A DNA stretch of 64,000 bases from Candidatus Obscuribacterales bacterium (GCA_965228855.1 CBDDIJ010000005.1:192001-256000); one strand, 5' to 3'. Positions 12,245-22,482 are shown, numbered from the stretch's first letter. Program-made: numbers and translations. Notes: generated from the sequence alone by a model not told the origin.

Positions 12245-12943
12245 TCAGAGAAGTTCATCTGGAAACTTACGCGCGTACAACATCTCAAAGTGGTGGCGCG
12301 GACAATTTGTTCCGAACCTCACCCGATTGTTTTCGCATTCAAGAACGCCGCATCGCTCATCGGAAGTCTCCATACTAAGCCAGTTCCGCAGGCGCTGCTT
12401 ATTGATTTCAACGTGCGCCAAAGAAATGTTCTTGAACGCCTCTGAGTTCAAAATTTGCGTCGCCAATTGCTCGTTTCGTGTCGCAAAGAATTCTGAGGAG
12501 TCGATAAAGATGTACGACTCTGCGCTCAAGCTTGTTAAACGTCGGCTGACCACCGATATCTGCGACTCCGTCGCACCGCTATGAATTGAACTATCTGAGA
12601 GGAGCGGCACGTTTAGTTGGGCGACACTATCAGCTGATGGTGCGTTTTGAAAGATGTAAAACTCGTCGTCATTTCCAGAGCCCGGAAAGTCGTCACTTCC
12701 CGAAACCTGTTTTGGATAACCCATCCACAAGTCTGCGGCTTCGGGAGCGGGCTTGAGAGGCGTCAAACGCTGACAATCAAACGACGTCATCACGGCCCAC
12801 TTTCCAACAAATGCATCGGAAATCGAATCGAGCGCATCAAATATGAATCGGTAGTCAGACTGAAACCAAAAAAGGTCGTCTAGACTTCCAGAGTTCACCC
12901 AAAAGGTTTTTTGCTCGTGCCACGTTGGGCGATTCTGTTTCAT
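12245..12943 (-). CDS. hypothetical protein with a C-terminal Cys/His cluster
   Basis: 232-aa ORF with GAGG RBS; C-terminus CGVLEC...CPRHH. Confidence 0.65.
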   Translation of the reverse strand: MKQNRPTWHEQKTFWVNSGSLDDLFWFQSDYRFIFDALDSISDAFVGKWAVMTSFDCQRLTPLKPAPEAADLWMGYPKQVSGSDDFPGSGNDDEFYIFQNAPSADSVAQLNVPLLSDSSIHSGATESQISVVSRRLTSLSAESYIFIDSSEFFATRNEQLATQILNSEAFKNISLAHVEINKQRLRNWLSMETSDERCGVLECENNRVRFGTNCPRHHFEMLYARKFPDELL

Positions 12944-13002
12944 TTATGTTCGCCTCTTTAGGCGGGTCTTGCTCTCTGTGCACTGCACTACAGGTGAACG
13001 TA

Positions 13003-13677
13003 TCACTCCGCGGGTGGTAATGGTTGTGGATCTTTGGATGTCGTCCTCGCCACTTTCAAGAACTCTTGCTCGCATTCTCGCAAAACCGGTTCAAAGTCCT
13101 GCGGCTTGGTATGAGACGGAACATCAAAATCGTATACAAGTACTCGAATCAAATTTTCGATGGTCGGTCTAGCTATCGGAAAATGAACCTTCTCCATTTC
13201 TTTGGGACGTGGCTTAAGTCCTCCTTTCCAAATTCCATTCACGTGCAAGTGAGAAAATGGATAGTGTGTTTTTGGCTGCCGGGCCATTTCAAAGCGGAAA
13301 AACTGATCTCTACCAGCATCGTCGCTCTGGTAAACCATTCTGGAGGAGTTGGTCTTCAGAAAAAGATTGTCACTCTTGTCAATAAACACGCTGTATTGGA
13401 GATCTAGGAAGTAGCCATTGTTGAGCTGAAGCGATGTATAAAGCTCGCTGCCTTCCGCGGCGCCTGCGATAGCGTCAAGCGGTCGTCTTGGCGGAGCAAT
13501 AACAAATTCGCTTTTCCAGTCGACGGACTGAACGGATACGAATGATGATTTGTCAAGTACCGTTGCGCCAAGCTGAATCATTATGAGCTCTCTGAACTCA
13601 TGTACGGAGTTCTTTCCGCCTGCGAGCATTGCTTTCACAACGCCCCGCGCTTCTGTCAGCCTCGCGCTATGCGACAA
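13003..13677 (-). CDS. hypothetical protein, possible TumE/DUF6516- or DUF2290-like toxin
   Basis: Motif FFRFE...HYPFSHLHV...HFP..RPT; overlaps a small upstream gene. Confidence 0.5.
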   Translation of the reverse strand: MSHSARLTEARGVVKAMLAGGKNSVHEFRELIMIQLGATVLDKSSFVSVQSVDWKSEFVIAPPRRPLDAIAGAAEGSELYTSLQLNNGYFLDLQYSVFIDKSDNLFLKTNSSRMVYQSDDAGRDQFFRFEMARQPKTHYPFSHLHVNGIWKGGLKPRPKEMEKVHFPIARPTIENLIRVLVYDFDVPSHTKPQDFEPVLRECEQEFLKVARTTSKDPQPLPPAE

Positions 13678-13879
13678 GGTCCTTCACGCCTACACCAATA
13701 AGCCGAAGTAATCCCAGAATATCACTATCGCGACAGCGGTCAACACTATCGTCCTCCCGCTTAACCATCTCGACGTAGACGTCAAAAGCTATGCCGTGCC
13801 TTTTCTTCACCAAAACAGAAACAGCATTGATGACTTGCTCGGTTGTCCACTCGCTCTTACTGTTGTCTTGATCGGTCAT
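13667..13879 (-). CDS. small protein, possible antitoxin partner
   Basis: 70 aa from MTDQDNSK with an AGGAGAGG RBS; 11-nt overlap with 13003-13677. Confidence 0.5.
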   Translation of the reverse strand: MTDQDNSKSEWTTEQVINAVSVLVKKRHGIAFDVYVEMVKREDDSVDRCRDSDILGLLRLIGVGVKDLVA

Positions 13880-14401
13880 AACCCTCTCCTGAGCGGCTTG
13901 TTCGCTATAGTATATGCGAGAACTGTATTCTTTTGACCAAGAAAATCCTGACTCTGTTCCCATTTGCAACAAATTCTGCAGAATAGGACAGTACTCACCT
14001 TCCTCAACTTTCATGCCCATTGACGAAAGCAGGCAATCCTATGGTAGCCGCATTGACTGCAAAATATCCGCACTGAGTTGCTTCGGTTAGCTATTGGACG
14101 ATCATTACTGATTAGGACTCCCACCGCAGGCTAGCCTATTCTATACGCTCCTACACAGTCATACCTTGAATAAGTGCTGCAAATTATTAGTCCTCGGGCT
14201 CGTCGCTCGCTCAAGCCTAAGGCCCATCGATACGGCGTTAGTCGCATGAATTCCGAGACGCTATCTTGCACCGTACTCGATACCAAGCAACAGTATTCCT
14301 CTTTCAATCGCGAATGCTCTCAAGGTTTTGCACGCATTTGAACAACGTTGAACCCACTCCTTAGCATGGACTCCACATTTTCAGCGTTTTTTTTCAAAAA
14401 A

Positions 14402-14447
14402 TCGGGACGACAGGATTCGAACCTGCGACCTATTGCTCCCAAAGCAA
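14402..14447 (-). repeat. att site: copy of the 3' 46 bp of tRNA-Pro(UGG)
   Basis: TCGGGACGACAGGATTCGAACCTGCGACCTATTGCTCCCAAAGCAA is identical to 57881-57926. Confidence 0.95.
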
Positions 14448-14621
14448 TAAATCCCCACAAAATCGGGGTTTGAAAGAGTTGGAAGAAATATGAACGAATT
14501 ACCCAAAAGTCCTACCCTGTCTGTATAATCAACCTTAAGAGGTTTGAACGAACTTGAACAAAGTTGAATTCACTCCTCTACGCAGCCTCTACATTTTCAG
14601 GTTTGTAGAGAAGAGGTGCGG

Positions 14622-15880
14622 ATGAAGGTAAAGATCAACAAAAGCTTCGTGGAGAAAGTCGCTCACCCGGAAAGCGGACAGGTGTTCTACCGTGATACAG
14701 CTTTGCCAGCTTCGCGCTTCGCGTTACAGCCGGCTCGAAAACTTACATAGTCGAAAAAGTGGTTAAAGAAACAGAAGAGAAACTGCCGTTACACGATTGG
14801 GAAACACCCGGCAATTTCAGCAGAGTCTGCGCGCAGGCGAGTCGAAGAAAAGTTAGAAGAAGTGGCGGACGGCATCCATCTCAACGAACGAGACAGGGAC
14901 GAACAGAAGAAAGAAGAATCTGCGGCATTAACGCTAGGGCAGGTGTGGGACGCATATCAGCGAGACCGCAACTTGCGACCGGCGACCATTAAGGTATACG
15001 GCATTGCGCTAAGGCTCTGCTTCTCGGATTGGCTTGACCAGCCCATAACAACCATAACTAAGGATGCGGTGGTACAACGCCACAGCGAATTACTGAGCAG
15101 GGTTGGACCACGAAGCAGCCAGTCTGGAGCCAAGGCGCATACACACCAGGCAATGCGGGTTCTTAGATCACTACTGAACTATACCGGCGTTGTGTACGAA
15201 GACGAAGAAGGCAAGCCTCTCTTGCCGGATAACCCAGTCAAGCGATTAACACAGGCAAAATTATGGCAGCCCTAAAGCCGCGCAAAGACTTTATAAAACG
15301 CCATCAGCTTCCGCGTTGGTACAAAGCCGTCACAAAATTGAAGAATCCGGTAATTCGCGACTTCCTGCTCTTGTGCCTGTTCACAGGACTGCGAAGAACT
15401 GAAGCAACTCAATTGCGCTGGGCGGATATTGATATGGAAGGCAAGACACTCCGTATCCCCCCTGAGCGAACCAAGAACCACGAAGAACACGTGCTTCCTC
15501 TATCAGATTTCCTCTGCAAGCTGCTAGATGAGCGAATTAGGCAAGTCGGCAATCCCTTTGTTTTTCCCGGCAAGGGTGGAACCGGTCACCTTATCGAGAT
15601 GAAACGCGCCATCACCAACGTGACAAAAGCATCTGGCGTGACATTCAAGACTCACTATCTGCGTCGGACATTTATCACGATCGCCGAAGGAATCGACATT
15701 CCCCACTATGCGCTAAAGAAACTACTCAACCACAAAACAAACGACAGCACATCCTCATACAATTAGCTCGACGAAGAGCGGCTTCGTGAGCCGATGCAAA
15801 GAATCACTAATGCGATTCTAGAATTCTCGAGAAAAGAGACTGAGCCTACAGTCAAGAATATCGAGGTCGACGTCAGCTAA
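14622..15880 (+). pseudogene. P4-type tyrosine integrase, multiply frameshifted
   Basis: MKVKINKSFVEK...YRDTALP, then /FALRVTAGSKTYIVE, /CRYTIGKHP, LFTGLRRTE, TKN, HYLRRT and LLNHK in shifting frames (shifts near 14710, 14775, 15270). In-frame TAG at 15764; the frame continues to TAA at 15880. Confidence 0.9.
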
Positions 15881-16767
15881 TTTCAATTAGTTGCGCGTCG
15901 GAACTCTTTTACTGCTCAGGCTCCAAAATCTTCCGCAGTTCTTCTAGCGCTTCCGGTGTAAAAGCCAACTCAAAGCTCTTTTGGGAAACTTCGTCGCCCA
16001 CTTCCATACACAAGGTTTCTTCGTCCCATTCCCATCTGACTATTCTGTCGATATCAATTATTCGTTTCATGCTCATTCTCCGGGTCGGTATTACACTCTA
16101 AGCGGAGGATAGATTTCTGTGACTGTTGAATTCAACACGGCGCCGGCAAGGGAGGCAATCGCCCTCGGTCGCAGCAGCGAGTATAGCTCAGAGCAGATGA
16201 GTAAACTTAAAGACTAAATACACCGACAGGCAAATTGGATATTCGCTGAGAGTATTTTTGTCCTACGGCGAATTGCTTTTGTGCAGGGATCGTGATACCG
16301 ATAGGATATACTCCAAGAAGCGCGAAAGCCGCATCTGCTGCGGCTTTTACCCTGGTCAACGCTTGACGGTTCGTCGTGCGTTCCTGTAGATTGAAGGGTG
16401 CAAAAAGAATCAAGCCCTCGTAGCATAATAGGACAATGTGCCCGGTCTCGAAGCTGGGGAGATGAAGGTCCGAATCCTTCCGGGGCAATTCTTTTTGCTC
16501 GCGTTATAACGTGCAACAGCATAACTTTCGCTCGAAGCGAATGCAAGCAATTATTTAAGAAAACACTATGTCGTTGCACTCCAATCTGTATATCGCAATG
16601 ACATAAAGCCACGAACTCATGCGGCTTTTCAAACTTGACTAAAGATCAAATTTGCTTAAGTTTATTGGTCGGCACTAATACGATTCACCGGACAGATCCA
16701 AACGAATTCGCAATTAAGAAGAAGTTCGCTCGCTTGGTTTCAAACTGCATAACACGATTTAGATTCA

Positions 16768-17202
16768 ATGAACGATGGCAAACAAAGTGAGGTGGATATG
16801 AATGACGATCAAAAATTGATTTGCGCTCAGGAATTCGTGCTCGTTGATAGCGAGGGAACGCCGCGCGGACACTGGGGAATTGACAACGGTGGACAAGCCG
16901 CGATGACTTTTTATGACCGCAATGGCAAAGCAAGAATGATTTCTGGGGCCGGCAGAGACGGTGTCGCCGTCATTCGCCTTAATGCGGCCGATGAATCTCC
17001 TACTGCAATTTTAACTGTTGATGCGGTGGGTGATTTCCGATTTGCTTGCTTTGACAAGAGTGGGAACAATCGATATCAACTAACTGTTCGTGGTGATGGC
17101 GCGGCAATTATGAGGCTTGGCTCTGATAAGCCGGATGTACTTCTGGCTGCTGCAGACGGTACTGGTCAGATTTTTATCAATGGTACTAAATACGGCGATT
17201 AG
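16768..17202 (+). CDS. hypothetical beta-rich repeat protein
   Basis: QEFVLVDSEG.PRG followed by repeated (F/Y)D..G..R units. Confidence 0.7.
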   Translation: MNDGKQSEVDMNDDQKLICAQEFVLVDSEGTPRGHWGIDNGGQAAMTFYDRNGKARMISGAGRDGVAVIRLNAADESPTAILTVDAVGDFRFACFDKSGNNRYQLTVRGDGAAIMRLGSDKPDVLLAAADGTGQIFINGTKYGD

Positions 17203-17282
17203 CGCCGTCGGATATTCAGCGCAGGCAATTCCTTCACTACCATGGTAGATTTGATCGTTTCCTTATTTAGCGGAGCGGACTT

Positions 17283-17723
17283 ATGCGTTATTTAAAACTC
17301 CATCATGCTCTGACCTTAGCAGTTGTTTTGTCTTTATCGTCCGCAAATGCTCAGCAGCCCAGTAAGAAGCCGCTTAGCCTCCAAGATGCCGAAGCTGAGC
17401 GTATCAGCATGGATCTCATTGTGCACAACAGCGCTGCAAGGTTGGTGTCGACGACAAAAGGCACAGATCAATACAACCCGAATGACAATACTATGGATCT
17501 TCTCGCGGACACCTATCTCAAGGCAGGTCGATACAGGCTCCCTTCTAAGGATATTCTGCGAAGCGCTATTGAGGACATGAAAGATGGCGAAGCATTGGCA
17601 AAGTCGACTTATCAATCGATTGACATGAACATGCGAGCCACGGCGAAATTGGAAGCGCTGCAGGTCGCGCAGAACGGTAGGATGATTGAACTATTGGAGT
17701 ACATTGCGGCGCGGACAAAGTAG
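17283..17723 (+). CDS. secreted hypothetical protein
   Basis: GGAG RBS; signal peptide ending ANA. Confidence 0.7.
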   Translation: MRYLKLHHALTLAVVLSLSSANAQQPSKKPLSLQDAEAERISMDLIVHNSAARLVSTTKGTDQYNPNDNTMDLLADTYLKAGRYRLPSKDILRSAIEDMKDGEALAKSTYQSIDMNMRATAKLEALQVAQNGRMIELLEYIAARTK

Positions 17724-17954
17724 CGACCACAGCACCATATGCGGTGCGAGCCAAGTGGAAAGCGTGTTTTTTTTGTACTGGCGCGCGAATTTTGGAAGGC
17801 TTGGAATTTTCGTCAAGTGCTCGAACAAATTTACCAAGCCTTGGTAAATTGTGCTTCTAGACACGTTCTTCGTGTTCCTGTAGATTGGATTTTAGGTTAA
17901 AACAGCCGGTGCCATCACTGGCACCTCAGTTCGTTTTTGCGTGAGGTTTTAGAG

Positions 17955-18137
17955 ATGACTGTAGTTGACTTTGAGCAGTACGTGAAACTCCGCCGGAAAG
18001 AAACTTGGATGGAGTACTCGGATGAGCAGAGAAAAAAATATGATGCATTCAAGCGACGACGAAAACAGTTCGAGCGTAACCGGCGGAAGGATGACGAAGG
18101 AATCGACTTCGAAGGCGACTTGTCGGAGGTTGACTGA
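17955..18137 (+). CDS. small charged hypothetical protein coupled to integrase 2
   Basis: GAGG RBS before ATG 17955; the stop lies 1 bp before integrase ATG 18139. Confidence 0.5.
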   Translation: MTVVDFEQYVKLRRKETWMEYSDEQRKKYDAFKRRRKQFERNRRKDDEGIDFEGDLSEVD

Positions 18138-18138
18138 T

Positions 18139-18890
18139 ATGCCTACACTCGACGAGTTGTGGTGTCGCTACCTAGAAGGGCACGCCAAGCCACATTTGAA
18201 GACTTGGCGAAACTTGGAGCGTTGCTTCAATCCCTATTTCGATACTCTTCGCGACCGAGATTCGTTGTCCATAAAACGGTACGAAGTGCAACACTGGCAT
18301 ACGCAAATTGGGCAGGAGATCGGCTGGACAACGGCGAACCGTGCATTTCAGTTACTCCGCTCGATTTACTACAAGGCGATCGACTGGGAACTGATTCCGA
18401 ATCACAATCCGACCGTCCGCGTGAAATGTAAAACGCTGCAGCCTCGAGAACGGTTCCTTCAACCAGAAGAGTTGTCGCGGTTCTTCTCGTCGTGCTCGAC
18501 TTTGCGCTATGCCACCACGCGCGACTTCTTCTTGATGTGCCTATTCACGGGCCAGCGTGCCGGCAATGTACGCAATATGCGCTGGGACCAGATAAGCTTT
18601 GAACTAGCGTTATGGTCAATTCCGAACACAAAGAATGGCACCAGTCACAAATTGCCGTTGGTTCCAGAAGCGATGGCGACTCTAAAAGCTCGTCGAAGCT
18701 TGAGCAAAGTCTGGGTGTTCCCTGGTCGAACAACGAATCAGGGGCAATCGTCTGTTGAAAGACCACTTGGAAAAAATGGCTGTCGAGACGCCTGGCTGCA
18801 CTGGTGAACCGTGCCGACCTGCCGGATCTCAGGCTTCACGATTTAAGGCGAACTCATGCAAGCTACGGCTTCTTGGGTGATAAGAACTAG
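18139..18890 (+). pseudogene. tyrosine recombinase, frameshifted and truncated
   Basis: PRERFL, CLFTGQRAGNV, TKNG. After a frameshift near 18795 it reads DLRLHDLRRTHASY and then stops before the catalytic Tyr region. Confidence 0.88.
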
Positions 18891-19334
18891 GTCGCGAAAC
18901 TCACCAAACCACAAAAGCCAGTCAGAATGTGCTTTTTCGAGGAGTACCATCGACCCACCGAGGCGCGAGTCTTGAAGTGATATCCATAGGGCAAGACACT
19001 CTGTATCGAGCTCCGCAAGCCGTCTTGCAGAGTGCCGAAGTTCCTGACGGCATCGGGCCGTGTGCAGATTCGTAACCGATGGCACCTCGGTAACTATTTT
19101 TCGAAGGCAGGGGTTAAGCGAGTTGAAGAGCCGCCCAAGCGCCTCGCTGAAATCAGCCGCCATCGGCTCTGGCTCTGGTCCAGCTGGCATGTTTCTGTAC
19201 AAGGCGTTTGATTTTGAATCTATCGCTCCAATGATCGCCGGCGCAGTATCAAGTAATGCTGCAACTCGAACAAGCGTTGTCTTCGCGGCCAGTAAATTTT
19301 CAATCTCGGTCGTCATATTCATCCCCTCTCTCAC
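18843..19334 (-). CDS. hypothetical protein
   Basis: Helical ORF co-oriented with the xis-like gene; probable start at MNMTTEIE. Confidence 0.5.
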   Translation of the reverse strand: MREGMNMTTEIENLLAAKTTLVRVAALLDTAPAIIGAIDSKSNALYRNMPAGPEPEPMAADFSEALGRLFNSLNPCLRKIVTEVPSVTNLHTARCRQELRHSARRLAELDTECLALWISLQDSRLGGSMVLLEKAHSDWLLWFGEFRDLVLITQEAVACMSSP

Positions 19335-19359
19335 CGCACCGAATGCGGTGCTTTTTTTT
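19332..19359 (+). terminator. intrinsic terminator-like hairpin (plus orientation)
   Basis: CACCGCA-ccgaa-TGCGGTG followed by C and T8. Confidence 0.55.
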
Positions 19360-19645
19360 AGTCAAAACTGATTTGCCCTTCGCGCTGAAGTCGAGCGCAT
19401 TTGCGCCAATCGTAACGAACGTTCCGGCCTAGAGCCTCATACGGAAATCCGGCCTTGCGCCAGCGATCTCTTTGAAGCGAATCCACGCTTCGTCCAACAA
19501 ACATGGACAACGGCACTTCACTTACCATCCGCGGTAACGGATCATTCGGACCAATTCCAAGGACGGCGCGCATAGCGAGCGCGTCTTCGAAGTTCTCCGC
19601 ATTTTCGGTCATGCATGCGGGGGCTGATTCAAATTTCCTTTGCAT
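19358..19645 (-). CDS. excisionase/RDF-like winged-HTH protein
   Basis: SVDSLQRDRWRKAGFPYEALGRNVRY resembles the Xis/HTH_17 pattern TL.RWR..G.GP.Y...GR.VRY; GGAGG RBS before ATG 19645. Confidence 0.7.
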   Translation of the reverse strand: MQRKFESAPACMTENAENFEDALAMRAVLGIGPNDPLPRMVSEVPLSMFVGRSVDSLQRDRWRKAGFPYEALGRNVRYDWRKCARLQREGQISFD

Positions 19646-19821
19646 AAAAAATATCCTCCAACGACAGGGGTTAGTCAGCGTCTTCAAACGCTTACCTACC
19701 TATGCCTGCCTTGTGCAAATTGTTTTTGCCGTCGTTCGGTGTTGTTCCAATTACACCAAGGAGAGGAACATCAAGAACGCCCCGAATTACCTTGATTTAT
19801 TGAGGTTAATTGAGGGCGGGC

Positions 19822-20691
19822 TTATTTCTGCCACCACCGGCCCATTACGAGTCGATGAGAGTCATTCATCTTTTTGTTCTTGTATTCTTCAACCGTCCGG
19901 GCGATATGTGTACGCGAGAAATCCAAGCGCTTTCGCTTTTTTCCATCACCACGCTGTTCGTATTCAACGCCCAGTACATAAACATTACTTTGTGCCCAAT
20001 CCATCAACTCGTTGGCGCAAATTACAAACTCGCCATTCTTACTCGCTTTGGGCTGCCTATTTTTAATCTCAAACAACTTCCACAGATCAGACAAAAACCA
20101 CCAAAGCGCGAGGCTTTCCGGTTCCCCTGTCCGCACTTGCGGTTTGGCGGACAACGCAATGGACGCTCGCTCGTCAAATAATTGGAAAAGATACTCTCGA
20201 TCACGCAGCAGATTTTGCCAATGCTGTCGAAAGTCATCTGCGAATTGTTTCCAGAATAAATCATCAGGTATTCCGACGAAAACAGACTCAGCTTCAATAA
20301 TCGACTCCTCAAGTTTTTTTGCTTGAGTGCGAATTTGCTGCAAGGCTATCGCTCGCTCATCTTCATTATCGTCGGCAGCATCTGAGGACACTGTGCAAAC
20401 CTCATCTTGCCTATCATCGACGTAACGACCAAGCAGCCTTCTGGACTGCTTGGCTCCGTCTGTTCCGAGTAGCCTCTGAATCTTTTCCTCAAGATCCTTT
20501 GGTGTGGTATTTATCTGTCCAGCCCGATTCGGAAACTTCTCTGAAATCTTGTCTAGTTCAAGACGGCTCCACATATCCGCACTAACCTTTTCTCGATCAA
20601 TGCTGTTCCATTTGATGCGCGTGCATCCATCCTGCTCCACGACTTGCACGACAACGCCATCGCCAAGTGTGACTTCGCCCATTTCTCTCAA
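19822..20691 (-). CDS. hypothetical protein (289 aa)
   Basis: Long ORF just inside the att; no family recognised. Confidence 0.65.
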   Translation of the reverse strand: MREMGEVTLGDGVVVQVVEQDGCTRIKWNSIDREKVSADMWSRLELDKISEKFPNRAGQINTTPKDLEEKIQRLLGTDGAKQSRRLLGRYVDDRQDEVCTVSSDAADDNEDERAIALQQIRTQAKKLEESIIEAESVFVGIPDDLFWKQFADDFRQHWQNLLRDREYLFQLFDERASIALSAKPQVRTGEPESLALWWFLSDLWKLFEIKNRQPKASKNGEFVICANELMDWAQSNVYVLGVEYEQRGDGKKRKRLDFSRTHIARTVEEYKNKKMNDSHRLVMGRWWQK

Positions 20692-20806
20692 AGTTTGAAC
20701 TCCAGACTAAAGGAACTCACTTTGATTATATTTGAAACAATCCGAATCTGTTTGAGCCGAGTTCTCTACACCGCCTCTACAAAATCGTGTCTAAGTTCTG
20801 AAACTA

Positions 20807-20852
20807 TCGGGACGACAGGATTTGAACCTGCGACCTATTGCTCCCAAAGCAA
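20807..20852 (-). repeat. att site: second copy of the tRNA-Pro 3' end
   Basis: 45/46 identical to 57881-57926 (GGATTTGAAC versus GGATTCGAAC). Confidence 0.95.
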
Positions 20853-21345
20853 TGACCGGTGGAGAATCTTCTCAATTCACGGCGGTACTCGGAGGGAACA
20901 GCGCACCACGGAGAGCGTTCGGAAAAGACGGAGAGCCTATTGCGGCCCAGAGCGAATTCGATATTATTCTTCAATCAATACTCGGTCAGCGCGCACTACC
21001 AGTCGATATTGAGGCTTCAGAAACTATGGATGATATAGAGGCAAGGCGCTATCAGAAAGCGTTGCGCGCGATGGAGTTACAGCTTGGTGATGGTTATGAC
21101 CAGTAGAGGAAGGAAATCCGGAGCCCTGTTGAACAAGTTGATACTCATCGACACCACCGATGGTGCTCATCGGACATATTCGTTCTAAAATGACTAAAGT
21201 CAAATGGTTCTATGATTCGTGCAAAAACTCGCGATCTCGTTTGTTAACACGAAACCAAAATCTTTTAACTATTTTGCTGAAAACACCACTAAACCGTCAC
21301 TCGAAAAACCGGTTCACGCAATTGTTGGTCTTGGGTCAAAGATTG

Positions 21346-22032
21346 TTAGGGCCTTGCTTTAATAGAAAAAAGCATAAATTTTTTGTGTACGGGTAGGACA
21401 TTCTTGGGATTATGGAAAGCAATGGCGCCCTTATTTGGATTACTACCAATCCTCAGAATTGCCGTTTCATCGTTGTCCAGATGATGCACGCCGGGTAGAT
21501 AATGGCCGACTATTGGAGGATGCCCACTCATGGTCCTCCAGTGACCAGGTGCACTAACAACAGCAGTGTTTCCGCCCCAGATCACCCGCCAGGTTGGTCC
21601 ATTCGGAGCTGACGCACCTTGTCTATCGAACGCAGCCCATCCCCACGTATTTTGCGAATTATTCACGCCGCCCCAAACGCAAAGCACCATTTGACTTCCA
21701 TTGGCCAATTTCCAGTAGAAGTTCTGATTTGCAGGAAACGACAATTTACCTGTGTGATTGTTCACGAATTCCAAATGTGCCATGTTTTCCAGCTTATTGG
21801 TATCTCCGGTCGCGGGAGCAAATTCGATCACTTCAAACCAATATGGCTTTCCATCTATGTTATATGTGGATTTTGTGTGAAGCGCGATCTTTCCGCTCGC
21901 ACGCATTTGACTTCCAAAAGGAAGAGTTGCGTTGTTATCGCCTAACTCCGCAAGCGCCGGCACTTGCACAAATAACGTCATTGCTAGAACGGAAAAAGAG
22001 ACCGAGATGGAATTTTTCCATGAACTATTCAT
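21346..22032 (-). CDS. secreted hypothetical protein
   Basis: Signal peptide ending PALA; Trp/Gly-rich beta-type sequence. Confidence 0.7.
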   Translation of the reverse strand: MNSSWKNSISVSFSVLAMTLFVQVPALAELGDNNATLPFGSQMRASGKIALHTKSTYNIDGKPYWFEVIEFAPATGDTNKLENMAHLEFVNNHTGKLSFPANQNFYWKLANGSQMVLCVWGGVNNSQNTWGWAAFDRQGASAPNGPTWRVIWGGNTAVVSAPGHWRTMSGHPPIVGHYLPGVHHLDNDETAILRIGSNPNKGAIAFHNPKNVLPVHKKFMLFSIKARP

Positions 22033-22056
22033 TCGATTTACCTCAAAGATAATGAC

Positions 22057-22482
22057 TTATAGAATTCGAATCAGCCAGACCATAGAAAAGTGCGCCGGTC
22101 TGGTCTTTTTTGTGTAGGTGAATTGCGGCGCTGTTGTAGCGGTATACGGCGATGTAACGACGGCGCTGGTGACCTCGAATTCATCTCGATTTCCAAAGAA
22201 GGAGAAACCTGCAGGCATGACGGTGAAATCTGTGATGTCTGTCCTGGGTGTTGTGGGATCCGCTGCTTGACCGAAAATACTTTGTAGAAAGGGAGAGATT
22301 GACAAGTACGGTCTGAGATCCCGATCCGCGCGAACGAACCGCACAGAGCCAATAGAAGGGTCGACTTCGATTACCGGTAAAGAATCAACATTAGCATCAG
22401 CGCTTCGCACCATAATTGGAACGAGACCACCCAGAGGGATTAACGGCCATCCCATGGTTCCAGGGTTGCTGCTATCTGGCAT
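22057..22482 (-). CDS. hypothetical protein with an Ig/IPT-like C-terminal strand pattern
   Basis: GGAG RBS; VVTSPYTATTAPQFTY. Confidence 0.4.
   Translation of the reverse strand: MPDSSNPGTMGWPLIPLGGLVPIMVRSADANVDSLPVIEVDPSIGSVRFVRADRDLRPYLSISPFLQSIFGQAADPTTPRTDITDFTVMPAGFSFFGNRDEFEVTSAVVTSPYTATTAPQFTYTKKTRPAHFSMVWLIRIL

Larger units (their letters stand above)
14402..20852. mobile_element. integrative element A (about 6.4 kb) between two tRNA-Pro att copies
   Basis: Flanking 46-bp direct repeats; contains two integrase pseudogenes and an Xis-like HTH gene. Confidence 0.8.

Noticed and set aside
14402..14447. Functional tRNA genes at 14402, 20807 and 40622
   Set aside because: Only 3' portions are present, with no D-arm or 5' acceptor strand, so they were treated as att remnants.
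15900..16700. Short ORFs or a possible ncRNA between integrase 1 and 16768
   Set aside because: Only a small, apparently frameshifted minus-strand ORF and weak hairpins; nothing that can be supported.
20822..21106. 94-aa ORF as a real gene
   Set aside because: It starts inside the att repeat; at best the 3' remnant of a disrupted gene.
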